Shown piece by piece: positions 56,101-64,000 of a stretch of 64,000 nucleotides of DNA (positions are counted from its first letter, which is position 1; each line of letters begins with the position of its first letter). Made by a program: the position numbers and the translations under genes. The stretch comes from Tubiluchus corallicola (Eukaryota; Animalia; Priapulida), in the NCBI GenBank assembly GCA_030141605.1, contig JAQGDQ010000173.1, positions 248,001 to 312,000 on the forward strand. Reading direction: 5' to 3'. The notes below the pieces were generated by a model. That model saw only the letters and a program-made list of their open reading frames with translations, ran no database searches and was not told the origin of the DNA.

Positions 56101-59100
56101 AGTTAAATACCTGGCGATTCTAGAAAGTACTCAAAACGCTGTGAGACTAGTTAAATGCCTGGCGATTCTAGAAAGTACTCAAAAGGTTGTGAGACTGTAG
56201 TTAAATGCCTGGCGATTCTAGAAAGTACTCAAAACGCTGTGAGACTAGTTAAATGCCTGGCGATTCTAGAAAGTACTCAAAAGGTTGTGAGACTGTAGTT
56301 AAATACCTGGCAACTCTAGAAAGTACCCAAAAGGCTGTGAGACAGTAGTTAAATACCTGGCAACTCTAGAAAGTACCCAAAAGGCTGTGAGACAGTAGTT
56401 AAATACCTGGCGATTCTAGAAAGTACTCAAAAGGTTGTGAGACTGTAGTTAAATACCTGGCGATTCTAGAAAGTACTCAAAAGGTTGTGAGACAGTAGTT
56501 AAATACCTGGCAACTCTAGAAAGTACTCAAAAGGCTGCAAGACTGTAGTTAAATGCCTGGCAACTCTAGAAAGTACTCAAAAGGTTGTGAGACTGTAGTT
56601 AAATACCTGGCAACTCTAGAAAGTACTCAAAAGGCTGAGACTGTAGTTAAATACCTGGCAACTCTAGAAAGTACTCAAACGGTTGTGAGACTGTAGTTAA
56701 ATACCTGGCGATTCTAGAAAGTACTCAAAAGGTTGTGAGACTGTAGTTAAATACCTGGCAACTCTAGAAAGTACTCAAAAGGCTGTGAGACTGTAGTTAA
56801 ATACCTGGCAACTCTAGAAAGTACTCAGAAAGCTGAGACTGTAGTTAAATACCTGGCAACTCTAGAAAGTACTCAAAAGGCTGTGAGACTGTAGTTAAAT
56901 ACCTGGCAACTCTAGAAAGTACTCAAAAGGCTGAGACTGTAGTTAAATACCTGGCAACTCTAGAAAGTACTCAAAAGGCTGAGACTGTAGTTAAATACCT
57001 GGCAACTCTAGAAAGTACTCAAAAGGCTGTGAGACTGTAGTTAAATACCTGGCAACTCTAGAAAGTACTCAAAAGGCTGTGAGACTGTAGTTAAATACCT
57101 GGCAACTCTAGAAAGTACTCAAAAGGCTGTGAGACTGTAGTTAAATACCTGGCAACTCTAGAAAGTACTCAAAAGGCTGCAAGACTGTAGTTAAATGCCT
57201 GGCAACTCTAGAAAGTACTCAAAAGGTTGTGAGACTGTAAAATACCTGGCAACTCTAGAAAGTACTCAAAAGGCTGAGACTTTAGTTAAATACCTGGCAA
57301 CTCTAGAAAGTACTCAAAAGGTTGTGAGACTGTAGTTAAATACCTGGCAACTCTAGAAAGTACTCAAAAGGCTGTGAGACTGTAGTTAAATACCTGGCAA
57401 CTCTAGAAAGTACTCAAAAGGCCGTGAGACTGTAGTTAAATACCTGGCAACTCTAGAAAGTACTCAAAAGGTTGTGAGACTGTAGTTAAATACCTGGCAA
57501 CTCTAGAAAGTACTCAAAAGGCTGTGAGACTGTAGTTAAATACCTGGCAACTCTAGAAAGTACTCAAAAGGCCGTGAGACTGTAGACTCCTTCATGTCAT
57601 CATCAGCATCAGCATCAGATCTAGTAATAGAGATGCTTGCCACGTGAGTGTTGACAATAGTCGATGAATTAGACCAGATATAAGGATTTTCCTTCATATG
57701 ATACAGCTGTAATAGGAAAATGTACAACATACAAGCAAATATGAAATGCTATTCAACCTATTTATTATTTAAAGAAATCTGGATGAGGCTACATGTTCTA
57801 ATCTCAGTATGATTATTTACTCTTTGATGCTAAACTACTGCTAATAAAAGTGTGTTTGTGATGTTCAAAATGTATTTCACATTTCGCTAGTTAAAACTAG
57901 TTTACTAGCTTAAAGTAGCTTATTTATACTAGCCCCCGTGAGTTACAGGGGCGTAGCCAGGTTATAAAGTTAGGGGGGAGCAAGCACATAGACACATACT
58001 AAACAGTGCATGCCGCCATGAGTTACAGGGGCGTAGCCAGGTTATAAAGTTAGCGGGGGAGCAAGCACATAGACACATACTAAACAGTGCACGCCGCAGT
58101 GAGTTACAGGGGCGTAGCCAGGTTATAAAGTTAGGGGGGAGCAAGCACATAGACACATACTAAACAGTGCACGCCGCCGTGAGTTACAGGTGCATAGCCA
58201 GGTTATAAAGTTAGGGGGGAGCAAGCACATAGACACATACTAAACAGTGCACGCCGCCGTGAGTTACAGGGGCATAGCCAGGTTATAAAGTTAGGGGGGA
58301 GCAAGCACATAGACACATACTAAACATTGCACGCCGCCGTGAGTTACAGGGGCATAGCCAGGTTATAAAGTTAGGGGGAGCAAGCACATAGACACATACT
58401 AAACATTGCACGCCGCCGTGAGTTACAGGGGCATAGCCAGGTTATAAAGTTAGGGGGAGCAAGCACATAGACACATACTAAACATTGCACGCCGCCGTGA
58501 GTTACAGGGGCATAGCCAGGTTATAAAGTTAGGGGGAGCAAGCACATAGACACATACTAAACAGTGCACGCCGCCGTGAGTTACAGGGGCATAGGCAGGT
58601 TATAAAGTTAGGGGGAGCAAGCACATAGACACATACTAAACAGTGCACGCCGCAGTGAGTTACAGGGGCGTAGCCAGGTTATAAAGTTAGGGGGAGCAAG
58701 CACATAGACACATACTAAACAGTGCACGCCGCCGTGTCACATCACGAAATTATACTGCAAAAATGTGGCTCATTTCAAAAACACCAAAAGCGGATTGGTC
58801 AAATAAAGCATTGAAGAAAGAAAATTGTTCTATCGCCATGCAACAAGAGGTTAAAAATAGTTGAAAAGGTGCCCCTTTGCTCTTCCCTGTTAACTATGCC
58901 ACTGTGCAGTTATACCTCCACATCAAATACAGCACTCTCATTGTGTTCATCACTCAAATTGTTTGGAATCTTGAATTCACCTATGCCTTTGACTTGTAGA
59001 GTTTGACCTAAACACACAGAACAATTAAAATTACATCATGCATTATAAATTTCGTAATGTATGACAAAAAATGCTACAAAAATTAGATATATGAAAATTT

Positions 59101-61600
59101 TGTAATCATATCTTTATCACACTATCCCATTTTGTAAGAGTGCATCAACACGGGTACCAGCAAGCAGACGTAATGACACACATGCATCAACACGGGCGCC
59201 AGCAAGTGGACTCACTGACACACATGCATCAACACGGGTGCTGTCAGGTGGACGTACTGACACAAGTGCATCAACATGGGCGCCGAAAAGCGGACGCAAT
59301 GACACACGTGCATCAACATGGGCACTGACAAGCGGACACAATGACACACATGCTTCAACACGGGCACTGACAAGCGGACGCAATGACACACATGCATCAA
59401 CACGGGCACTGACAAGCGGACACAATGACACACATGCATCAACACGGGTACCAGCAAGCAGACGTAATGACACACATGCATCAACACGGGCGCCAGCAAG
59501 TGGACTCACTGACACACATGCATCAACACGGGTGCTGTCAGGTGGACGTACTGACACAAGTGCATCAACATGGGCGCCGAAAAGCGGACGCAATGACACA
59601 CGTGCATCAACATGGGCACTGACAAGCGGACACAATGACACACATGCTTCAACACGGGCACTGACAAGCGGACGCAATGACACACATGCATCAACACGGG
59701 CACTGACAAGCGGACGCAATGACACACATGCATCAACATGGGCGCCAGTAAGTGGACGTACTGACACACATGCATCAACATGGGCGCCGAAAAGCGGACG
59801 CAATGACACACGTGCATCAACATGGGCACTGACAAGCGGACGCAATGACACACGTGCATCAACATGGGCACTGACAAGCGGACACAATGACACACATGCT
59901 TCAACACGGGCACTGACAAGCGGACACAATGACACACATGCTTCAACACGGGCACTGACAAGCGGACGCAATGACACACATGCATCAACACGGGCACTGA
60001 CAAGCGGACGCAATGACACACATGCATCAACATGGCCGCCAGTAAGTGGACGCAATGACACACATGCATCAACACGGGCACTGACAAGCGGACGCAATGA
60101 CACACATGCTTCAACATGGGCACTGACAAGCGGACGCAATGACACACATGCTTCAACACGGGCACTGACAAGCGGACACAATGACACACATGCATCAACA
60201 CGGGCACTGACAAGCGGACGCAATGACACACATGCATCAACATGGGCACTGACAAGCGGACGCAATGACACACATGCTTCAACACGGGCACTGACAAGCG
60301 GACGCAATGACACACATGCTTCAACATGGGCACTGACAAGCGGACGCAATGACACACATGCTTCAACACGGGCACTGACAAGCGGACGCAATGACACACA
60401 TGCTTCAACACGGGCACTGACAAGCGGACACAATGACACACATGCATCAACACGGGCACTGACAAGCGGACGCAATGACACACATGCATCAACATGGGCA
60501 CTGACAAGCGGACGCAATGACACACATGCTTCAACACGGGCACTGACAAGCAGACGCAATGACACACATGCTTCAACACGGGCACTGACAAGCGGACGCA
60601 ATTACACACATGCATCAACACGGGCACTGACAAGCGGACGCAATGACACACATGCTTCAACACGGGCACTGACAAGCGGACGCAATGACACACATGCTTC
60701 AACACGGGCACTGACAAGCGGACGCAATGACACACATGCATCAACACGGGTGCCACATAATGAACAGGTGTTAGTAATTATTAGTAGCTATTATGTATGT
60801 ACTCACACACTATCTCATATTAGAACCATTGAACACAAGAAGTGTCAGCAACAACCATCTCACCTGCTAATTCGTTCATTTCTTTACGATCAACATAAAT
60901 TGTGACAAATTCAGACTCTAATATCTCCGCTTCTTCACTGGGGACTTTGTAGGTTTTAATTGAATCACTGACGTCTTTAATCACTTCCACGAAAGCCTCG
61001 GTTATTTGTTTCACCTGAAAGAAATCCACACGATCGTGAACCATGTAATGGAGATGCAAATGATCCAAATGCATTTTTTCTTTATGCAGCAAATTATGAT
61101 TTGATTGGTGTGTGACATAGTTCATAAGCAGCATCAGGACCAGTTTTATCATCATCATCATCATCAGCAGCAGCAGCAGCACTTGCAGATAGAAACCGCA
61201 TAATCACGAACAAAATAATATGAATAAGATATATAACGATTCTTTGATTATTTCTTACGGCGATTGATGATGATGGCAATGACAACAACCACGACAACAA
61301 TAAGTTTATAATCAAGTCCCGTTAATTAATTCAATCATTAATTAATGACTATAAATAATATAGGTAAACCATGTGACTATTAATAATATGATGATGAGGG
61401 TGATGATGGAGACGATGGTGATGATGATGATAAAAATAATAACAATGAAATTTTTATGAATAAAATCAACCTGTTTATGTTTCTCTGTTACTGTTCTAGT
61501 GTCTTCTTCACCGATATCTTCCTTATCATTGGCACTGCTATTGGCTCTTGATTGGGCTAGGACTCCAGTCAACACGTTTGATACACAACCCATTACCTCC
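26632..61600 (-). CDS. PKD1L2: Polycystin-1-like (PKD1L2-like) GPS/PLAT/multi-TM protein, 5'-partial, 24 exons in window
   Basis: Hand-spliced exons are all phase-consistent: 61471-61600, 60864-61014, 58916-59007, 57544-57706, 53819-53961, 52157-53150, 50904-51054, 48573-48675, 48040-48160, 47188-47291, 45809-46039, 44453-44573, 42127-42286, 41454-41592, 39067-39174, 37853-37988, 37557-37683, 34774-34849, 33887-34596, 32825-33004, 31880-31955, 28820-28988, 28142-28324, 26632-27719. Family motifs: GPS (CLYWNE..W...GC..CKCDHMSTFG), PLAT (VWHDN.G..PSW), 'HLWLSVF..P..S.FTRVQR.TC', 'YGLKFG', 'RLRQLRV', 'YSGGGY', 'RWID..TR.V.IEF'. The symbol is family-level; orthology was not tested. Confidence 0.93.
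27770..27890 (-). repeat. Dispersed repeat, inverted relative of 3605-3705
   Basis: cacttaacctttgac(c)ttttcacgatc and caagtgta(c/a)acaa(g/a)tgcgttgt are shared between the two sites. Confidence 0.65.
28142..28324 (-). CDS. PKD1L-like exon (TOP domain), GC donor
   Basis: tttag|GT TTG TGT AAA...CVGNYYWPLQDK...WTFQSTTELQTLPLV G|gcaagt; phase matches the next exon. Confidence 0.85.
28820..28988 (-). CDS. PKD1L-like exon (TOP domain)
   Basis: ttttag|IKDVDSMWDYLLNTLEPSLF...WLVGVVRLRQLRVTK G|gtttt. Confidence 0.88.
30582..31338. repeat. 63-bp minisatellite, ~12 copies, containing MITE terminus cagtggcggctcgt
   Basis: Unit gggagtacggaccttaatgacacagcagaaagctactgtatccagtggcggctcgtgtatagg. Confidence 0.95.
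31318..31841. mobile_element. Non-autonomous TIR element (hAT-like ends)
   Basis: cagtggcggctcgt...acgagtcgccactg; the internal part recurs inverted at ~36280-36520. No clear TSD. Confidence 0.6.
31880..31955 (-). CDS. PKD1L-like exon
   Basis: tttacag|A SFWVTRTVNNLVLNGDYAGHTGFSQ|gtaagc; bridges phase 2 to phase 0 exactly. Confidence 0.8.
31984..32423. repeat. 47-bp minisatellite, ~9 copies
   Basis: Unit aatatgtacatacttggagtgtatataacatgagttaatgagagggc. Confidence 0.95.
32825..33004 (-). CDS. PKD1L-like exon (TM segment), GC donor
   Basis: tttcag|T SAMKRR...ELVLFLTFIIFLSNIVYRFRDE AG|gcaagt. Confidence 0.85.
33887..34596 (-). CDS. PKD1L-like exon (two TM segments), probable GC donor
   Basis: ttttag|LRSESP...FSLPWYCVYVGWFIAIFLSVLCSYLVMLYGLKFGYAKSADWVMSMILSVFQSIFIFDPLQV...KYR AG|gcatgt. 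Confidence 0.88.
34774..34849 (-). CDS. PKD1L-like exon (cytoplasmic loop)
   Basis: tttag|C LPIPPSLQSSPRSKTSSKKWKSKLA|gtaagt; needed for phase continuity. Further small exons at 35-37 kb cannot be excluded. Confidence 0.7.
35250..35700. repeat. 65-bp minisatellite, 7 copies
   Basis: Unit agccactaagtttgaggtggctccaagcttgaggggtgctagactgcagcttatactagccaata. Confidence 0.95.
37557..37683 (-). CDS. PKD1L-like exon (TM3)
   Basis: gcatag|IESVSIIYPVHIFLVLLFRFAR...ER GG|gtaagt. Confidence 0.88.
37853..37988 (-). CDS. PKD1L-like exon (TM2)
   Basis: ttttcag|RATCVLSLLLTTMLTHIMFFGIP...VMV G|gtaagt. Confidence 0.9.
39067..39174 (-). CDS. PKD1L-like exon
   Basis: ttttcgcag|TFVHVFKEKALGDLTDGHLWLSVFMKPPQSDFTRVQ|gttaga. 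Confidence 0.92.
39163..40602. repeat. 48-bp minisatellite, ~30 copies, spanning the acceptor of exon 39067-39174
   Basis: Minus-strand unit gtaagttgtgcaaagtgaactgttctttttgcag|ACTTTTGTTCAAAT. Confidence 0.95.
41454..41592 (-). CDS. PKD1L-like exon (canonical PLAT, C-terminal part)
   Basis: ttttacag|G FLRKIIVRDLNSDKFWVFIYGDWLAVDLG...NLQ|gtatgt. Confidence 0.9.
42127..42286 (-). CDS. PKD1L-like exon (canonical PLAT)
   Basis: ttctag|GEYGNS...FMMTGSIDWFIMTTCFALGDLKSIKVWHDNHGRDPS TG|gtgagt. Confidence 0.92.
42690..42950. repeat. Degenerate ~25-bp tandem repeat
   Basis: Variants of cagtcacatggctcgttaacc. Confidence 0.8.
44453..44573 (-). CDS. PKD1L-like exon (canonical PLAT start)
   Basis: tttacag|VGVTFLEDNNPNDQHAYLIITYTGIRKGAGTTSNVFIILN G|gtgagt. 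Confidence 0.92.
45809..46039 (-). CDS. PKD1L-like exon (GPS cleavage motif and TM1)
   Basis: ttgcag|VGPLTTEKRLHCKCDHMSTFGGSILVAPN...DNPITIIIVVLVWVIYLFVILYVRSKDKAD. Confidence 0.93.
46237..46879. repeat. 64-bp minisatellite, ~10 copies
   Basis: Unit gatacctgttgtttgcctagcagtacgtattagaactacggctgtaacaatacacctggggcat. Confidence 0.95.
47188..47291 (-). CDS. PKD1L-like exon (GPS N-terminal part)
   Basis: ttgtag|PPVINKVNFTLGFFMTKCLYWNETTEEWTDKGCS|gtaaga. Confidence 0.92.
47380..47572 (+). mobile_element. tRNA-derived SINE (same family as 25368)
   Basis: Shares cagcggccgggtcataccaa...gtggtatttagggtaaaagtggggtaataat...ttatttacagtcg with the 25368 copy. Confidence 0.8.
48040..48160 (-). CDS. PKD1L-like exon (extra PLAT, C-terminal part)
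   Basis: gttgtag|ILIVDGYLEMTCPCGQWLEGVPP...PP G|gtaggc. Confidence 0.82.
48573..48675 (-). CDS. PKD1L-like exon (extra PLAT)
   Basis: ttttcag|A VDWFDFSIISVGLIRSITVWHDNGGFSPSWLLEK|gtgact. Confidence 0.9.
48750..49692. repeat. 47-bp minisatellite, ~20 copies
   Basis: Unit tgtatgatgagaccctcccgtcctgaaaatgttattctgaccggtcc. Confidence 0.95.
49881..50391. mobile_element. Tc1/mariner-pogo-type MITE
   Basis: TIRs cagtggactctcgttataagaatcac / gtgattcttgtaacgagagtccactg, with TA on both sides. Confidence 0.88.
50904..51054 (-). CDS. PKD1L-like exon (extra PLAT start)
   Basis: tttgcag|TIAPYKIVTYTADVKFAGTSASVYVMLHGERGDS...FARG AG|gtaaag. Confidence 0.9.
51490..51915. repeat. ~23-bp minisatellite
   Basis: Unit aaacaaccagctatataggaaca. 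Confidence 0.9.
52157..53150 (-). CDS. PKD1L-like large cysteine-rich exon
   Basis: ttttacag|VLFKQDDRP...38 Cys...KPESQ G|gtaagt; 994 nt with an open frame, and phases fit both neighbours. Confidence 0.85.
53348..53661. repeat. ~43-bp G-rich minisatellite, ~7 copies
   Basis: Unit gctgtttgcagtggggtgcactagcacactccagcggggg(tggg). Confidence 0.9.
53819..53961 (-). CDS. PKD1L-like exon (GAIN region)
   Basis: ttgtctag|AC LTWFQSYYTSSTRALESKHISVHSITNNPESHLVLVFKHVSNRTILK|gtaact. Confidence 0.82.
53958..55560. repeat. 71-bp minisatellite, ~22 copies, spanning the acceptor of exon 53819-53961
   Basis: Minus-strand unit ...tttttatttgctgacttgtctag|ACTT atcgtttatc... Confidence 0.95.
55822..57586. repeat. 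50-bp minisatellite, ~35 copies, made of the exon 57544-57706 3' end plus donor
   Basis: Unit ctgtagttaaatacctggcaactctagaaagtactcaaaaggctgtgaga (minus strand: ...PFEYFLELP G|gtatttaa). Confidence 0.96.
57544..57706 (-). CDS. PKD1L-like exon (GAIN region)
   Basis: attacag|LYHMKENPYIWSNSSTIVNTHVASISI...PFEYFLELP G|gtattt; the NPY.W motif is typical of PKD1L GAIN regions. Confidence 0.88.
57936..58737. repeat. 79/80-bp minisatellite, 10 copies, containing MITE terminus caggggcgtagccag
   Basis: Direct reading; complementary end ctatgccactg near 58904. Confidence 0.93.
58916..59007 (-). CDS. PKD1L-like exon
   Basis: gtttag|GT QTLQVKGIGEFKIPNNLSDEHNESAVFDVE|gtataa. Confidence 0.82.
59140..60756. 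repeat. 42-bp minisatellite, ~38 copies, with a 294-bp higher-order repeat
   Basis: Unit gcatcaacacgggcactgacaagcggacgcaatgacacacat; intronic. Confidence 0.95.
60864..61014 (-). CDS. PKD1L-like exon
   Basis: ctttcag|VKQITEAFVEVIKDVSDSIKTYKVPSEEAEILESEFVTIYVDRKEMNELA G|gtgaga. Confidence 0.85.
61471..61600 (-). CDS. PKD1L-like exon (most 5' exon visible)
   Basis: aattacag|G EVMGCVSNVLTGVLAQSRANSSANDKEDIGEEDTRTVTEKHKQ|gttgat. Confidence 0.75.
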
Positions 61601-63536
61601 CTGTAATTAAATGTTAATCAGGTTACGACTGTGAATGCCTGGGCTCTTGATTGAGCTAGGATTCCACCCAACACGTTTGATACACAACCCATCACCTCCC
61701 TGTAATCAAATGCTAATCAGGTTACGACTGTGAATGCCTGGGCTCTGGATTGGATGAGGACTCCACTCAACACGTTTGATACACAACCCATCACCTCCCT
61801 GTAATCAAATGTTAATCAGGTTACAACTGTGAATGCCTGGGCTCTTGATTGGATGAGGACTCCACCCAACACGTTTGATACACAACCCATCACCTCCCTG
61901 TAATCAAATGTTAATTAGGTTACGACTGTGAATGCCTGGGCTCTTGATTGGACGAGGACTCCACCCATGATACACAACCCATCACCTCCCTGTAATCAAA
62001 TGTTAATCAGGTTACGACTGTGAATGCCTGGGCTCTTGATGGGATGAGGACTCCACTCAACACGTTTGATACACAACCCATCACCTCCCTGTAATCAAAT
62101 GTTAATCAGGTTACGACTGTGAATGCCTGGGCTCTTGATTGGGCGGGGACTCCACTCAACACGTTTGATACACAACCCATTACCTCCCTGTAATCAAATG
62201 TTAATTAGGTTACGACTGTGAATGCCTGGGCTCTTGATTGGACGAGGACTCCACCCATGATACACAACCCATCACCTCCCTGTAATTAAATGTTAATCAG
62301 GTTACGACTGTGAATGCCTGGGCTCTTGATTGGGCTAGGACTCCACTCAACACGTTTGATACACAACCCATCAACTCCCTGTAATCAAATGTTAATCAGG
62401 TTACGACTGTGAATGCCTGGGCTCTTGATTGGACGAGGACTCCACCCAACACATTTGATACACAACCCATCACCTCCCTGTAATCAAATGTTAATCAGGT
62501 TACTATTGTGAATGCCTGGGCTCTTGATTGGTTGAGGACTCCACTCAACACGTTTGATACACAACCCATCACCTCCCTGTAATCAAATGTTAATCAGGTT
62601 ACTATTGTGAATGCCTGGGCTCTTGATTGGGCGAGGACTCCACTCAACACGTTTGATACACAACCCATCACCTCCCTGTAATCAAATGTTAATCAGGTTA
62701 CTATTGTGAATGCCTGGGCTCTTGATTGGTTGAGGACTCCACTCAACACATTTGATACACAACCCATCACCTCCCTGTAATCAAATGTTAATCAGGTTAC
62801 TATTGTGAATGCCTGGGCTCTTGATTGGTTGAGGACTCCACTCAACACGTTTGATACACAACCCATCACCTCCCTGTAATCAAATGTTAATCAGGTTACG
62901 ACTGTGAATGCCTGGGCTCTTGATTGGATGAGGACTCCACTCAACACGTTTGATACACAACCATCACCTCCCGTAATCAAATGTTAATCAGGTTACGACT
63001 GAATGCTCCTTGATTGGATGAGGACTCCACCCAACACGTTGATACACAACCATCACCTCCTGAACAAAACAGGTTACACTGTGAATGCCTGGGTTTGAGA
63101 ACTCCCAACACGTTGATACACAACCCATCACCTCCCTGTAATCAAATGTTAATCAGGTTACGACTGTGAATGCCTGGGCTCTTGATTGGACGAGGACTCC
63201 ACCCAACACGTTTGATACACAACCCATCACCTCCCTGTAATCAAATGTTAATCAGGTTACGACTGTGAATGCCTGGGCTCTTGATTGGATGAGGACTCCA
63301 CTCAACACGTTTGATACACAACCCATCACCTCCCTGTAATCAAATGTTAATCAGGTTACGACTGTGAATGCCTGGGCTCTTGATTGGACGAGGACTCCAC
63401 CCATGATACACAACCCATCACCTCCCTGTAATCAAATGTTAATCAGGTTACGAGTGTGAATGCCTGGGCTCTTGATTGGATGAGGACTCCACCCAACACA
63501 TACGATACACAACCCATTACCTCCCTGTAATCAAAT
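61543..63536. repeat. 99-bp minisatellite, ~20 copies, made of the acceptor plus first ~57 nt of exon 61471-61600
   Basis: Minus-strand unit atttgattacag|GGAGGTGATGGGTTGTGTATCAAACGTG...CAAGAGCC caggcattcacagtcgtaacctgattaac. Confidence 0.96.
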
Positions 63537-64000
63537 GCCAGAAATTCACAGAAAACAGCTTCTACAAACAACGTTAAATTAGAATCATCAGGGATGCTGA
63601 ATATTCTGAATATTCTTGAAGCTGTGCCTGAAGCCACAAAATACAATCATGATACAGTAACGTTAGAGCCTGATTCTAAGAATGGTCTCTATAATGTTTT
63701 CAGAATATGCAAATCGTATAGTTAATAATTAATAATTCATGCAAATAATAATAATAAAAATAAAAATAATAATTTATGCAAAATGCCTTTGTTATCATTC
63801 TAGTTTAGTTATTTCAGTGATCCAAAATCATATAAATAGTAATTTAGATGCAAAATAAAAAACATTACGATTGACAGATAAATTTAGAGCATCTAGAGAG
63901 ACCTAGGGATGACGTGCTTCTCGCTAGATATGATTTTATAAATTTTATTAATTTCTGGGGCACAATCAAAGCTAGAACTCACAAATATCCTAGATTTATG

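Noticed and set aside
59117-60905. 400-555-aa ORFs
   Set aside because: By-product of a stop-free 42-bp unit; the flanking exons join in phase without them.
63443-63646. ORF as a further PKD1L exon
   Set aside because: No convincing donor before the array; it runs into the repeat's stop codon.

Overview
AT-rich, intron-rich invertebrate animal genomic DNA, not prokaryotic. Positions 26632-61600 (minus strand) hold the 3' portion of a polycystin-1-like (PKD1L-type) receptor/channel gene. I spliced it by hand into 24 phase-consistent exons (~1880 codons, 5' end beyond the window). The protein is unusual: a 38-Cys segment and an extra PLAT domain sit just upstream of the GPS motif, and three of the last five introns need GC-AG splicing. 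The most striking feature is that many introns carry their own private minisatellite. Several of these arrays are tandem amplifications of the exon/intron junction itself, giving 12-35 reiterated splice donors or acceptors of which only the exon-adjacent copy keeps the ORF open. Other arrays amplify MITE termini. The window also contains a 3-exon secreted prokineticin/astakine (colipase-fold) gene, a 5'-truncated R2-like RLE retrotransposon outside rDNA, two weakly supported divergent genes around an NRF1-like motif, SINEs, MITEs, an interleaved inverted-repeat structure and a TTAGGG-type tract. All calls come from reading the sequence; no database searches were run.
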